Source: Chloroflexota bacterium
Lineage (GTDB): Bacteria; Chloroflexota; Dehalococcoidia; Dehalococcoidales; UBA2162
NCBI GenBank assembly: GCA_016190825.1
Contig: JACPPV010000009.1
Coordinates: 65,328 to 129,327 of the forward strand
Direction of reading: 5' to 3'
Length of the DNA: 64,000 nt
How positions within the stretch are numbered: the first letter of the stretch is position 1; every line of letters starts with the position of its first letter. The notes below the pieces were generated by a model. It saw only the letters and a list, made by a program, of their open reading frames with translations. It searched no databases and was not told where the DNA came from. Below, piece by piece: positions 27,464 to 38,106 of this stretch. A program made the translations under genes and the position numbers.

Positions 27464-27724
27464 TCAGGGCCTTTTCAATACCTTATCATGTTCTCCAACA
27501 TTACGCATGATGGCCCTTTCGCCATCGATTTGAAGAGTCATCCGCAGCTTTTTGGAACAGCGCGCTTCCCAGATATCCCTGCCTCCCTGCATCTTCTTGA
27601 GATGAAGACCTGGGTGTCTTGGATTGCTTCCCAGTAGCGCAAGCGCTTTGTGCACACTGCTTTTTTCCGGTTTGGTGAGCTTTTCATACGCCTGTTCGAA
27701 TTGCTCGGTGAGATAGAATTCCAC
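27464..27724 (-). CDS. RelE/ParE-superfamily-like toxin
   Basis: 86 aa. LLGSNPRHPGLHLKKMQGGRDIWEARCSKKLRMTLQIDGERAIMRNVGEHDKV resembles the RelE/ParE core. The GTG start is 2 nt after the antitoxin stop. Confidence 0.55.
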   Translation of the reverse strand: MEFYLTEQFEQAYEKLTKPEKSSVHKALALLGSNPRHPGLHLKKMQGGRDIWEARCSKKLRMTLQIDGERAIMRNVGEHDKVLKRP

Positions 27725-27726
27725 CG

Positions 27727-28011
27727 TCAGGCTTTGCTCTCAAGATACTTGACAGCCTCGGCAGCGGACTTGAACCTTTTTACCCTCCCGGCCTTTATAT
27801 CTTCATCCGCCTTGCGCTCGCCTTTCTGCCACTCTTCAGTCCAGAAATAGGCCTGGCTGGCATCCACCAGCTTCTTTGGCGTTAATATGATATGCCCTTC
27901 CTCATCAAGTTCGACCTCAACAAAGTCGCCGGGTTGCATGTTCGTTTTTTCTCTGATTTCTTTGGGCAGAGTGATCTGTCCCCCATGCGTCAGCTTGGTC
28001 AGCATACCCAT
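27727..28011 (-). CDS. AbrB/MazE/SpoVT-family antitoxin
   Basis: GGQITLPKEIREKTNMQPGDFVEVELDEEGHIILTPKK is the swapped-hairpin AbrB-type DNA-binding domain. GGAGG lies 9 nt upstream of the ATG. Confidence 0.8.
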   Translation of the reverse strand: MGMLTKLTHGGQITLPKEIREKTNMQPGDFVEVELDEEGHIILTPKKLVDASQAYFWTEEWQKGERKADEDIKAGRVKRFKSAAEAVKYLESKA

Positions 28012-28028
28012 CCCGGTATTCCTCCGTC

Positions 28029-28054
28029 ATTGAACCATTGCATCATGATTCAAT
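28029..28054 (-). promoter_or_regulatory. Operator-like inverted repeat upstream of the AbrB/RelE-like pair
   Basis: ATTGAACCAT (28029-28038), 6 nt, ATGATTCAAT (28045-28054). 10-bp arms with 1 mismatch, located between the ftsK stop and the antitoxin SD. Confidence 0.4.
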
Positions 28055-28088
28055 ATTAAATCAAAATGGCAGGTGCCTGCAAACCGTG

Positions 28089-30347
28089 TCAGCTGCCACG
28101 TGGCGTATCATCCTCGCCCCCCTCCACACCCTCTTCATCGAGTTGCTCCATGAGGCGGGCGGCGCGGGGATAGCCAATGCGCAAACGGCGCTGGAGAAAT
28201 GAAGCGGAGACCTGTGCGTGTTCCTGCGCCAGCTTGCGTGCCTCCATGAGAAGCGGATCCTCCGGCGCGGAGCCTTTCCTGGTTGAGGACTGTGTTATCG
28301 GCAGGTCATCAATCTTGAGCGAGGGCACCTCTTCCTTGCGCTGGCTGTTCCAGAAATAGACCAGCCGCTCTATCTCCGGGTCGGAGACGTAGCAGCCCTG
28401 GAGTCGCTTGGGTTTATCTGCCTCAGTGGGCATATAGAGCATATCGCCGCGTCCCAGGAGCTTCTCCGCTCCTACCATATCCAGTATCGTCCGTGAGTCC
28501 ACCTGTGATGTAACGGCAAAGCTGATACGGGTAGGGAAGTTCGCTTTGATCAGCCCGGTAACAACGTCCACCGATGGCCGCTGAGTCGCCACCACCAGAT
28601 GAATCCCCACCGCGCGGGAAAGCTGGGCGAGCCGGCACAGTATCCGCTCGACCTCGTCTCCGCTCTGCATCATCAGGTCAGCAAGCTCGTCAATGACCAG
28701 CACCAGATAGGACATCTTTTCGGTCCCGCTGCGGTTCTTATTGTACGTCTCAATGTTGCGGGCGCTGACCGTGGCCATTTTCTGATAGCGCTGGTCCATC
28801 TCGTGACTGAGCCAGCGCAACGCTTCTAACGCCTTCTCAGCATCAACGATTACCGGCGCCGCCAGGTGCGGTATGCTGTTAAAGGAGGTAAGCTCCACCC
28901 GCTTGGGGTCGATCAGGACAAAGCGTACGTCGTTCGGCGTATTGCTCATAAGCAGGCAGCAGATTAGGGCGTTGAGGCAGACTGTCTTGCCGCTGCCGGT
29001 TGAGCCGGCGATGAGCAGATGGGGCATTTTCGCCAGGTCCGCCGCAGTCGCCTCACCGCCCGCCCCTTTGCCGAGCGCCAGGGCCATTTTCGACTTCGCT
29101 TGCACTTTCTGAAAACTGTTGGTCTCAACAACGCCGCGCAGGCTAACAGCCGTTGAAACTGTATTCGGCACTTCAATGCCAACTATCGACTTTCCAGGTA
29201 CTGGGGCTTCAATACGCAGGCTGGGGGCGGCCAGGGCGAGCGCCAAATCATTGGCAAGGGAGGTAATGCGGTCCACCTTGACTCTCGTCCGATTGGTCTC
29301 CTCAAGCCGGACCTTGACGTTTCCGTCCTTGTCTTTTTCCTTTGTCTCCTTGTATTTTCGGTCCCATCCGGGCTCAACGCCGAACTGCGTCACGGTGGGA
29401 CCGGCGTTTATCTGCACCACTTTGGCATCAACGCCGTAGCTGGCGAAAGCCTCTTCTATCAGCTTTGCCCTCTTGGCATTGTCCGCCTCAGTGAACTGGA
29501 CTTCCTGTGTCTTATCCAGGATGTCAATCGGCGGCAGTTTCCAGCCGTCCACCGTAACGAGCGAAGGGGATTCTCCATACTTCTTCCACACATCCTGCGC
29601 TACCTGCTTCAGATCCTGGCGTGGAGGTGCTTGGACAGGCGCCGGAGGTGCGCCCGGTGATCGGATAGCCGGCGTCGGAGAAGGTTGGGATGATGAGCGG
29701 ATGAAAGTGAACAACCCCCGAGGTCGGCGCTCCGGCTTGTAAAGCCCATCAGCAGGAGCCGGAGTTGCCTCCGGTCTGGCTGTTTCCGCAGATGGCAGAT
29801 TTACCCGAGGCGGATTCGCGGTCGGTAACGCAATCCGGCGCAATCGCCTGAATAGCTGCGAAGCCAAGAATACGACGAAGCGATAAAAGATACCCGGAGC
29901 AAGGAGAATGAAGCCGACCACTGCCAGGAGCAGAATACGCAGGATTCCGGTCAATATACCGGCAAAATTGAGCACGGGAGGGTTACCGGTAATTGCCTCG
30001 CCGATGCTGCCACCCAGCCCAAAAAAGGACAGGATGCCCCATATTGCCAGGGCAAAAGCAATTATGCCGATCCAGCGATTCCAGCGGAAAACCAGAGAAT
30101 TCAAACTTTGCTGTCGTATCAACCACACCAGGGCAGCAAGAAACAGGGCAACGAAAAGCAGCCCCCAGCCGAATAGCCCCCAGATAGCATCGGCTACGCT
30201 ACCTATTCCGGAAGCGATCACCGAACGCTGCCAATAGACAACACCAGCGACGGATACCAGGAAAACAAAAAGGACCAATCCGCGTCGCCTTGCCGAGCTG
30301 GCGGGGTCTCTGCCTCTGGCTTGATTACGAGAGTTTTTTCTTACCAT
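28089..30347 (-). CDS. ftsK: DNA translocase FtsK
   Basis: 752 aa. N-terminal TM helices, a Pro-rich linker, a motor domain with Walker A (GSTGSGKT), and a C-terminal gamma wHTH. Confidence 0.95.
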   Translation of the reverse strand: MVRKNSRNQARGRDPASSARRRGLVLFVFLVSVAGVVYWQRSVIASGIGSVADAIWGLFGWGLLFVALFLAALVWLIRQQSLNSLVFRWNRWIGIIAFALAIWGILSFFGLGGSIGEAITGNPPVLNFAGILTGILRILLLAVVGFILLAPGIFYRFVVFLASQLFRRLRRIALPTANPPRVNLPSAETARPEATPAPADGLYKPERRPRGLFTFIRSSSQPSPTPAIRSPGAPPAPVQAPPRQDLKQVAQDVWKKYGESPSLVTVDGWKLPPIDILDKTQEVQFTEADNAKRAKLIEEAFASYGVDAKVVQINAGPTVTQFGVEPGWDRKYKETKEKDKDGNVKVRLEETNRTRVKVDRITSLANDLALALAAPSLRIEAPVPGKSIVGIEVPNTVSTAVSLRGVVETNSFQKVQAKSKMALALGKGAGGEATAADLAKMPHLLIAGSTGSGKTVCLNALICCLLMSNTPNDVRFVLIDPKRVELTSFNSIPHLAAPVIVDAEKALEALRWLSHEMDQRYQKMATVSARNIETYNKNRSGTEKMSYLVLVIDELADLMMQSGDEVERILCRLAQLSRAVGIHLVVATQRPSVDVVTGLIKANFPTRISFAVTSQVDSRTILDMVGAEKLLGRGDMLYMPTEADKPKRLQGCYVSDPEIERLVYFWNSQRKEEVPSLKIDDLPITQSSTRKGSAPEDPLLMEARKLAQEHAQVSASFLQRRLRIGYPRAARLMEQLDEEGVEGGEDDTPRGS

Positions 30348-30376
30348 TAGTTTATCTCGCGAGACATTATCCTATT

Positions 30377-30443
30377 GTCATTCCCGCGAAACTTGTCCCG
30401 TACTTGTTACGGCAGCGGGAATCTACTCCCTGCGCGGGGTGAC
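30377..30443. repeat. Intergenic palindromic repeat, family C
   Basis: gtcattcccgcgaaacttgtcccgtacttgttacggcagcgggaatctactccctgcgcggggtgac, with TTCCCGC/GCGGGAA and CCGTA/TACGG stems. Related copies at 35250-35306, 45743-45775 and 19713-19740. Confidence 0.6.
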
Positions 30444-30458
30444 ACTTTTGGCTGTTCG

Positions 30459-32117
30459 CTACACCTTCACCATGAACGGCAGAATCATGGGGCGGCGCCT
30501 TGTCTGCTCATAGTAGAATTTGTTCAGGGTGTCCCTGACCTTGGTGCTGACAAAGCTCCACTCAGCCGGACGAGCGCCGCCGTGGTCGAGGACACGCGCC
30601 ACAAGGTCGCGGCTCGCCTCCAGCATATCACGAAACTCTTCCGGGTCAACAAAACCCCTGGAGATAATATCCGGACGCCCCACCACCTTGCCGGTCTGGC
30701 TGTCAACGGCGATTACTACCATGACAATGCCGTCCTTGGAAAGCATACGGCGGTCCCGCAGTACAATGCTGTCAACATCACCGACGCCAAGTCCATCCAC
30801 GTACACATTGCTGGCAGCCACTTTCCCGGTGACCTTGCCGCCGTCCTCTGTGATTTCGAGCACGTCGCCGTCCTCAAGGACGAAAATATTCCCGCTCGGT
30901 GTCCCCAGCGACTCAGCCAGCCGGGCGTGAAAAGTGAGGTGACGGAATTCTCCATGGACCGGGACAAAAAACTTGGGTTTCGTTATGTTAAGTATTAGCT
31001 TCAGTTCTTCCTGGCTGGCATGACCATGGACGTGCACATCAGCCACTTTGTTATACAATACCTGCGCCCCCTGCTTAAAGAGGCTGTCCACCGTGCGGTT
31101 CACCAGCGCTTCATTCCCCGGAATCGGTGTGGCAGAGAGGACGATGGTATCGCCGCGCTGGATGTGCACTTGCGGATGGTCACGGTTCGCCATGCGTACC
31201 AGCGCGGATGTAGGCTCACCCTGGCTTCCGGTGGTCACGAAAACAATCTTGTTATGCGGCAATCCCTTGAGCTCATCCATACGGGCAAGCACTCCGTCCG
31301 GCGCCTTAAGATAGCCCAGGTCCAGCGCCAGATGAACGGTATCACTCATGCTGCGGCCGATAACAAAAACGCGCCGCTGGTACTTGGCGGCGGCATCTAT
31401 TACCTGCTGAATACGGGATACCAGCGAGGAGAACGTCGTGACAATCACCCTTCCCGGAGACTCGGCGATGACCCTGTCCAGGGTATCGCCCACCACCTTT
31501 TCAGACGGAGTGTAGCCGGGCAGTTCAGCGTACGTGGAGTCGGAAAAGAGGAGCAGAATGCCCTTGCTGCCCAGTTGTGCCAGCCGTGACAGGTCGGTCG
31601 GCCTGCCTCCCACCGGCGTATGGTCAAGTTTGAAATCGCCGGTATGCACGATATCGCCCATCGGCGTATGGATGATTAGTCCGGCAGCGTCCGGAATACT
31701 ATGACAGACGGGGAAAAACTCGACCCGGAACTTCCCAAGCGTCACTGCCGACCCGGGTGATACCGTCTTGACAACGGCGCCATCATGTGCTTTCCGCTCC
31801 TTCAGCTTGACTGATATCAGCCCACGGGTCAGCTTAGTGGCGTAAACTGGCACATTAAGCTGGGGCAGAATGTAGGGCAATGCTCCGATGTGGTCTTCAT
31901 GGCCATGGGTGATGACAATCCCTCTTACCTTTTCTTTCCTTTCAACGAGGTAGCTCACATCCGGGATGACGAGGTCGATGCCTAGCATTTCTTCTTCAGG
32001 GAACATCAGTCCGGCGTCAATGACGATGATGTCGTCCTCGAACTCCAGGACCATCATGTTCTTGCCGATTTCGCTCAGCCCGCCGAGGGGAATCACCTTC
32101 AATCTCGGTTTTGGCAT
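30459..32117 (-). CDS. rnj: Ribonuclease J
   Basis: 552 aa. MBL motif ITHGHEDHIG plus beta-CASP and C-terminal domains. Confidence 0.9.
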   Translation of the reverse strand: MPKPRLKVIPLGGLSEIGKNMMVLEFEDDIIVIDAGLMFPEEEMLGIDLVIPDVSYLVERKEKVRGIVITHGHEDHIGALPYILPQLNVPVYATKLTRGLISVKLKERKAHDGAVVKTVSPGSAVTLGKFRVEFFPVCHSIPDAAGLIIHTPMGDIVHTGDFKLDHTPVGGRPTDLSRLAQLGSKGILLLFSDSTYAELPGYTPSEKVVGDTLDRVIAESPGRVIVTTFSSLVSRIQQVIDAAAKYQRRVFVIGRSMSDTVHLALDLGYLKAPDGVLARMDELKGLPHNKIVFVTTGSQGEPTSALVRMANRDHPQVHIQRGDTIVLSATPIPGNEALVNRTVDSLFKQGAQVLYNKVADVHVHGHASQEELKLILNITKPKFFVPVHGEFRHLTFHARLAESLGTPSGNIFVLEDGDVLEITEDGGKVTGKVAASNVYVDGLGVGDVDSIVLRDRRMLSKDGIVMVVIAVDSQTGKVVGRPDIISRGFVDPEEFRDMLEASRDLVARVLDHGGARPAEWSFVSTKVRDTLNKFYYEQTRRRPMILPFMVKV

Positions 32118-32119
32118 AT

Positions 32120-32728
32120 TTATACCTCGAACATCCTTAGTTGCTCCGGCTGTGGCGCCGGCTCAACGCGGGCCTCCGCTTTTGCAGCGGTCAGCAGGGG
32201 AGGAATTTTCTTCATATCAGCCTCAATCTCAGAACGCAAGCTCTGCTGGTGAAGCGCCGCCGCCGGGTGATACATAGCGAAATATGTGATGCCATCTCTC
32301 TTCTGCGCTGTCCCGTGGATCTTACTGATGCTCTTTCCGGGGAAAAACATCGCCATCGAGTAGCGTCCCAGGGTGACGATCATCTTCGGCGAGATAAGCT
32401 CAATCTGCTTGTCCAGCCAGGTATGACAATTGGCTATTTCCGCAGGCAATGGGTCGCGGTTTCCAGGCGGGCGGCATTTGATGACATTAGCGATGTACAC
32501 CTGGTCTCTTCTGAGGTCAATTGAAGTCAGGAGATGGTCCAGAAATTGCCCGGCCGGCCCGACGAAAGGTCTTCCTAACCGGTCTTCGTGATAGCCAGGC
32601 GCCTCACCGATGAACAGGACCTCGGCATTTTCCGCGCCTTCACCAGGCACGGCATGAGTTCGAAATCGAGCTATCTCACAACGGTGGCATTGTGCAATTT
32701 CGGAATAAAGCTTACTTAGTGCTGACAT
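32120..32728 (-). CDS. Uracil-DNA glycosylase, family 4
   Basis: C..C...R near the N-terminus (4Fe-4S), GEAPGYHEDRLGRPFVGPAG and HPAAALH motifs. Confidence 0.9.
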   Translation of the reverse strand: MSALSKLYSEIAQCHRCEIARFRTHAVPGEGAENAEVLFIGEAPGYHEDRLGRPFVGPAGQFLDHLLTSIDLRRDQVYIANVIKCRPPGNRDPLPAEIANCHTWLDKQIELISPKMIVTLGRYSMAMFFPGKSISKIHGTAQKRDGITYFAMYHPAAALHQQSLRSEIEADMKKIPPLLTAAKAEARVEPAPQPEQLRMFEV

Positions 32729-32855
32729 CTCGCTCAGCTAACAGCAGCGTTTCGCCTATGATAGCATGGGGGATATGTCAAGTCAATTTAAGGCAGGTAA
32801 ACTGGTTGACAGGTAAAGGGTCTCGTTGTAGACTTCAACAGGGAGGAAGCAGACC

Positions 32856-34100
32856 GTGTTCTCTTTAGGTGAAACTGACCCGCAGGTTAGCCGTGCCATC
32901 GAGCTGGAAAAAAAGCGACAGAGAGAGACCATCAATCTTATTGCTTCAGAAAACTACGCCAGCAGCGCCGTCCTTGAAGCCCAGGGGTCTTTTCTCACCA
33001 ACAAATATGCTGAGGGGTATCCCGGACGACGTTACTATGGTGGCTGTGAAAACATGGACACCATAGAGAGCCTGGCTATAGAACGGGCTAAAGAAATCTT
33101 CCACGCCGATCATGCTAATGTGCAGCCGCACGGTGGTTCTCAGGCCAATATGGCCGCCTACTTCACCCTGCTTGAATACGGTGATACCGTGCTCGGCATG
33201 AACCTGAGACACGGTGGGCATCTTACCCATGGTGACAGGGTAAGCTTCTCTGGGCGATCGTACAAATTTGTCCAGTACGGGGTCGAGAAGGAAACGGAGA
33301 GAATCGACTATTACGAGGTGGAGGCGCTGGCAAAGAAACATAAGCCGAAGCTGATTGTCGCTGGCGCCAGTGCCTACCCGCGCATCATTGATTTTGAACG
33401 TTTCCGTTACATAGCTGACCTTGTTGGCGCCAGACTGATGGTAGATATGGCGCATATCGCTGGCATGGTGGCCGTTGGACTTCATCCCACGCCGGTGCCG
33501 TATGCCGATATCGTTACCTCCACCAACCACAAGACGCTGAGAGGTCCGCGCGGCGGCTTCATCCTGTGCCGGGGAGAGCTTGCCTCAGCCATAGATGCAT
33601 CCGTTTTCCCGGTTACCCAGGGTGGACCGCTGATGCACGTAATTGCTGCCAAGGCCGTGGCGTTTCATGAGGCGTTGCAGCCGAGCTTTGTCGAATACCA
33701 GCGGGCAATACTGGACAATGCCCAGACCCTGGCGCAGGAGCTCCAGCGGGGCAGATTACGCCTTGTGTCCGGCGGCACGGATAATCACATCGTCCTGGTG
33801 GACCTTACCGAAACAGGTGTCACCGGCCGGGTAGCTGAAGAGGCTCTCGGACGCGTGGGAATTGTGGTCAACCGGAACGGCATCCCATTCGATCCGCTTC
33901 CGGCAATGATAACGAGCGGCATCAGGCTCGGCACGCCTGCCGTGACCAGCCGCGGCTTCGGAAAAAAAGAGATGAAGCAGGTCGCCGGCTTTATCCTTAG
34001 GGTAGTCTGCAACGCGGGCGACCCCGTGGTTGAAGGCCATGTACGGCAGGAGGTCCAGGAGTTGTGCTGCCGTTGCCCGGTGCCGGGAATTGATACCTGA
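32856..34100 (+). CDS. glyA: Serine hydroxymethyltransferase
   Basis: [18 protein letters not shown] and [14 protein letters not shown] (PLP-Lys) motifs. GTG start. Confidence 0.95.
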   Translation: MFSLGETDPQVSRAIELEKKRQRETINLIASENYASSAVLEAQGSFLTNKYAEGYPGRRYYGGCENMDTIESLAIERAKEIFHADHANVQPHGGSQANMAAYFTLLEYGDTVLGMNLRHGGHLTHGDRVSFSGRSYKFVQYGVEKETERIDYYEVEALAKKHKPKLIVAGASAYPRIIDFERFRYIADLVGARLMVDMAHIAGMVAVGLHPTPVPYADIVTSTNHKTLRGPRGGFILCRGELASAIDASVFPVTQGGPLMHVIAAKAVAFHEALQPSFVEYQRAILDNAQTLAQELQRGRLRLVSGGTDNHIVLVDLTETGVTGRVAEEALGRVGIVVNRNGIPFDPLPAMITSGIRLGTPAVTSRGFGKKEMKQVAGFILRVVCNAGDPVVEGHVRQEVQELCCRCPVPGIDT

Positions 34101-34247
34101 CCTGGCACACAGCTCGTTCTTACCTCACTCCTTCGTCCCGGGAAGAAGGGTTTTTCCTGCAATACGAGCCTAAACAAAAGGGTGCTATAATGTCTTGGGA
34201 TACAAAAAGTGTAATTCTCGCTTTTGCCGGAGGGACTGAAAAAGCAT

Positions 34248-35192
34248 ATGGATGAACTGAAAATTTTCGCCGGTAATGCGCATCCGGCGCTGGCTCAATC
34301 GGTTTGCGATTACCTGGGTATTCCCCTCGGAAAATGCGAGGTCTTCGAATTCAGTAACGAAAACATATTCGTCCGTATCCTGGAAAACATCCGCCAGCGT
34401 GATGTCTTTGTTATTCAGCCGCTGGCTTCCCCAGTCAACAATAATCTGGTTGAGCTTCTTATCATGCTGGATGCCCTCAAAAGGGCTTCTGCCGGACGTA
34501 TTACAGCGGTTGTACCATATTACGCCTACGGCCGTAGCGACCGAAAGGATCAGCCTCGCGTGCCGATAACTGCGAGATTGCTTGCCGATCTCTTCACAGT
34601 CGCCGGCGCCAACCGGCTGCTGACGGTCGACCTGCACTCATCTCAGATCCAGGGGTTCTTCAACATCCCAGTGGATGAGCTCACAGCACTCTACTTGCTG
34701 AGCGATTATTTCAAGAAGAAGGAGATCGAGGACCTTGTAGTAGTCGCCACTGATATCGGTATTTCTCGCCGCGCCTGGGATGTTGCGGCGCGCCTGAACG
34801 CACCGCTGGCTATCATAGAAAAGAAACGTCTTGACAACGCGGGCCACACTGCGGTACTTAATGTCATTGGAGAAGTCAGCGGGAAGAACGCGCTCATTTT
34901 CGATGATGAAATTGATACTGCCGGTTCTCTGGTAAATGCCGTTAGCGCCCTGACGGAGCTGGGAGTAAGAGAAACATATTCTGCCTGTACTCACCCGATA
35001 TTCTCCGGCCCGGCCATCCAACGGATCGCCGCCAGCCCGATAAAAGAGGTTGTGGTTACCGACACGGTGCCCGTGACCGGTCAGAAGAGACTGCCAAAAA
35101 TCACGGTACTTTCTATCGCCCCTCTGCTAGGCGAGGCGATACATCGCATCCATACCGGGCAATCGGTCGGGGCAATGTTCCAGCAGGAATGA
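34248..35192 (+). CDS. prs: Ribose-phosphate pyrophosphokinase
   Basis: MDELKIFAGNAHPALA is the canonical N-terminus. The track TTG start at 34224 adds 8 residues. Includes the PRPP-binding loop. Confidence 0.95.
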   Translation: MDELKIFAGNAHPALAQSVCDYLGIPLGKCEVFEFSNENIFVRILENIRQRDVFVIQPLASPVNNNLVELLIMLDALKRASAGRITAVVPYYAYGRSDRKDQPRVPITARLLADLFTVAGANRLLTVDLHSSQIQGFFNIPVDELTALYLLSDYFKKKEIEDLVVVATDIGISRRAWDVAARLNAPLAIIEKKRLDNAGHTAVLNVIGEVSGKNALIFDDEIDTAGSLVNAVSALTELGVRETYSACTHPIFSGPAIQRIAASPIKEVVVTDTVPVTGQKRLPKITVLSIAPLLGEAIHRIHTGQSVGAMFQQE

Positions 35193-35249
35193 GACGGAGA
35201 AACAGGTAACAATAACCAGGTAACAACGATTAAACCGCTTACCTGTTTT

Positions 35250-35306
35250 GTCACTCCCGCAAGGCTTGTCACGTACTGCGATACGTGCGATACGGGAGCG
35301 GGAATC
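35250..35306. repeat. Intergenic palindromic repeat, family C
   Basis: gtcactcccgcaaggcttgtcacgtactgcgatacgtgcgatacgggagcgggaatc, colinear with the 30377 copy. Confidence 0.55.
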
Positions 35307-35371
35307 CAGAGGAAGGGGGCGGTGGTAGTGACAAGAAACAGGGTTACAAAAGGGAGTAAGCACGAGAAAAC

Positions 35372-38104
35372 ATGGTATTAAAGTGGTTGGGTGGACTGGT
35401 TGATTCCAACGAAAAGGAAATAAAGCGGCTGCAGCCGAATGTCGATGATATAAATAGCTTCGAGCCGGAGTTTGAGAAGCTCAGCGACGCGGAACTGAAG
35501 GCGAAGACGGACGAGTTCCGGTCCGCCTACAAAGACGGCGCCTCGCTCGATAAGCTTCTTCCGAAAGCTTTTGCCGCCGTCCGCGAGGCAGCAAAACGCA
35601 CCATTGGCTTGCGTCATTATGACGTGCAGCTTATCGGCGGTGTGGTACTGCACCAGGGCAAGATAGCGGAGATGAAAACCGGCGAAGGTAAAACGCTGGT
35701 GGCGACGTTGCCCCTCTATCTGAACTCTCTGACCGGCAGAGGCTGTCATCTGGTGACGGTGAACGATTACCTGGCAAGGCGTGACCCTTACTGGATGGCT
35801 CCGATATATTACGCCCTCGGTGTGAGCGTTGCCAGCATCTTTCCGCAGCAGGCGCCCGGTGAATATACTCCCTCCCGCATCTACGATCCCGATTTCGATT
35901 CGGGAGATAAACGGTGGACACATTTTCGCCCTATTTCCCGCCGTGAGGCTTATCAGGCGGATGTTACATACGGCACCAGCGCCGAATTTGGGTTTGACTA
36001 TCTCCGGGATAACATGGCTGTCGATATTTCCCAGTGCGCCCAGCGGCAGCCGCTTTACTATGCCATCGTGGACGAGGTGGATAACCTGCTTATTGATGAA
36101 GCCCGGACCCCGCTCATTATCAGCGGACCGGCCCAACAGGCGGAGGCCCTCTACCTTCATTTTGCCCGCCTGGTGGAGCGACTGCGTTCGGAAGAGGACT
36201 ATGAAGTTAAAGAGAAGGAGCGTAGCGCTGAACCTACCGATGCCGGTTATGCCAGGGTAGAGAAGATTCTGCGGCAGGATGGGCTGCTAAAATCAACGAG
36301 CCTCTACGACCCGGAAAATGTTTCATTGATGCATCATCTAAGAAATGCCCTCATCGCCAAGGAGTTTTACAAGAGGGACCGGCATTACGTGGTCAAAGAC
36401 GGCGAAATCATCATCGTTGATGAGTTTACGGGCCGGCTCATGCTAGGCCGCCGCTACTCCGAGGGGCTGCACCAGGCTATCGAAGCCAAGGAACGGGTCA
36501 AGGTCCGGGAGGAAACGAAAACATTCGGCACAGTCACCGTGCAGAACTATTTCCGGATGTACGAGAAGCTGGGTGGTATGACCGGTACCGCTGCCACCGA
36601 AGCGGAAGAATTCCACAAGATTTACAAGCTCGAAGTAGTCTCTGTTCCCACCAATAAACCGATGATCCGTGAGGACTTTCCCGACCGCATCTACAAGGAT
36701 GAAGCCACGAAGTTCAAGGCGGTAACGAATGAAATAGAGCAGCTTTACCGGGAAAAGCGCCCGGTGCTCATCGGCACAGTATCGATCGAGAAATCTGAAA
36801 CTCTGAACGAACTGCTGAAGAGAAAAGGGATTACGCCAAAGGTACTTAACGCTAAGAAGCACACTGAAGAGGCTGACATTATCGCCCATGCAGGAAAGCT
36901 TGGCGCAGTCACCGTAGCCACCAATATGGCCGGGCGTGGCGTGGACATCATTCTCGGTGGTAACCTTGACACCATGGTGGAAGATCGGCTGCGGGAAAAG
37001 CATATCGACCCTTTGGACGAAACGAAACAAGATGAAATTGCTAAGGTACGGACGGAAGTCAGAATAGCGTGGGAGGAAGAACACCGAGAGGTGGTAAAAC
37101 TCGGCGGGCTGCACGTGCTCGGTACCGAGCGCCACGAGGCGCGCCGGATAGATAACCAGCTTCGCGGCCGTTCCGGTCGTCAGGGCGACCCGGGCAGCAC
37201 CCGCTTTTACGTATCTCTTGAAGACGACGTCGTCCGGCGTTTCGGAGGCGACCGCGTTAAGGGCATCATGGAATGGGCAGGCATGGACCAGGATATGCCG
37301 ATCGAGAACAGGCTGGTAAACCGCACCATTGAAAGCGCTCAGGTGAGGGTGGAAGGCTACCACTTCGATCTGCGGAAGCATCTGGTCGAGTATGACGATG
37401 TAGTAAATCAACAGCGGGAGATCATCTATGCCGAGCGCCGGAAGATACTCAGCGGGGCAGACCTGCGGCGCAACATCCTCTCCATGATTGGCGAGGAGAT
37501 AAAGAACATTGTTACGGCCCATACAAGCGGTTCGCCCGAAGATGACTGGGATATTAAGGGCATACTGAGTGAGACAGCCGCCATCTTTACCCTCCCGCCG
37601 GACATAAACGCGGAAGCCTTTATTGCTCTCAGACCGGAACAGATGGCGGATAGACTGATTGAAGCGGCTGAGGCAGTTTACACCGGAAAAGAGCAGGAAA
37701 CTGGTCCTGAGAATATGCGGATGCTGGAGCGTCTGATGATGCTTGGCATCATCGATAATCTGTGGGTGGAGCATCTTACTCATATGGAGCACATGCGTCT
37801 CCAGGCAGGTTGGGAGCAACTGCGCCAGGTGCGCGCCGTGGATGCCTATAAGAAGGAAGGCTATACTGCCTTCCAGGAACTGCTTGATACCATCCGGCAC
37901 GACGTTGCCCGCACCATATTCCATGTCAACATCAGCCGTCAAGAAGAGCCCCGGCGCACCCCTGTATCTCCGATGGCAAGGGTGGCAGCGCGGGCGGGCA
38001 GCAGCCAGGCCCAGCCGGCAAAGATCGCCGGCAAGAAGGTGGGGCGCAATGACCCCTGTCCCTGCGGCTCCGGTAAGAAATACAAGCACTGCCATGGGAG
38101 ATAG
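35372..38104 (+). CDS. secA: Preprotein translocase ATPase SecA
   Basis: 910 aa. [10 protein letters not shown] Walker [20 protein letters not shown], and the C-terminal zinc motif [14 protein letters not shown]. Confidence 0.97.
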   Translation: MVLKWLGGLVDSNEKEIKRLQPNVDDINSFEPEFEKLSDAELKAKTDEFRSAYKDGASLDKLLPKAFAAVREAAKRTIGLRHYDVQLIGGVVLHQGKIAEMKTGEGKTLVATLPLYLNSLTGRGCHLVTVNDYLARRDPYWMAPIYYALGVSVASIFPQQAPGEYTPSRIYDPDFDSGDKRWTHFRPISRREAYQADVTYGTSAEFGFDYLRDNMAVDISQCAQRQPLYYAIVDEVDNLLIDEARTPLIISGPAQQAEALYLHFARLVERLRSEEDYEVKEKERSAEPTDAGYARVEKILRQDGLLKSTSLYDPENVSLMHHLRNALIAKEFYKRDRHYVVKDGEIIIVDEFTGRLMLGRRYSEGLHQAIEAKERVKVREETKTFGTVTVQNYFRMYEKLGGMTGTAATEAEEFHKIYKLEVVSVPTNKPMIREDFPDRIYKDEATKFKAVTNEIEQLYREKRPVLIGTVSIEKSETLNELLKRKGITPKVLNAKKHTEEADIIAHAGKLGAVTVATNMAGRGVDIILGGNLDTMVEDRLREKHIDPLDETKQDEIAKVRTEVRIAWEEEHREVVKLGGLHVLGTERHEARRIDNQLRGRSGRQGDPGSTRFYVSLEDDVVRRFGGDRVKGIMEWAGMDQDMPIENRLVNRTIESAQVRVEGYHFDLRKHLVEYDDVVNQQREIIYAERRKILSGADLRRNILSMIGEEIKNIVTAHTSGSPEDDWDIKGILSETAAIFTLPPDINAEAFIALRPEQMADRLIEAAEAVYTGKEQETGPENMRMLERLMMLGIIDNLWVEHLTHMEHMRLQAGWEQLRQVRAVDAYKKEGYTAFQELLDTIRHDVARTIFHVNISRQEEPRRTPVSPMARVAARAGSSQAQPAKIAGKKVGRNDPCPCGSGKKYKHCHGR

Positions 38105-38106
38105 AT

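Noticed and set aside
27133-27510. 125-aa plus-strand ORF across the HEPN-like gene start and the ftsK remnant
   Set aside because: It is antisense to the ftsK-like remnant and the HEPN-like gene. Its low-complexity L/F/P-rich translation mirrors the poly-Glu coding strand.
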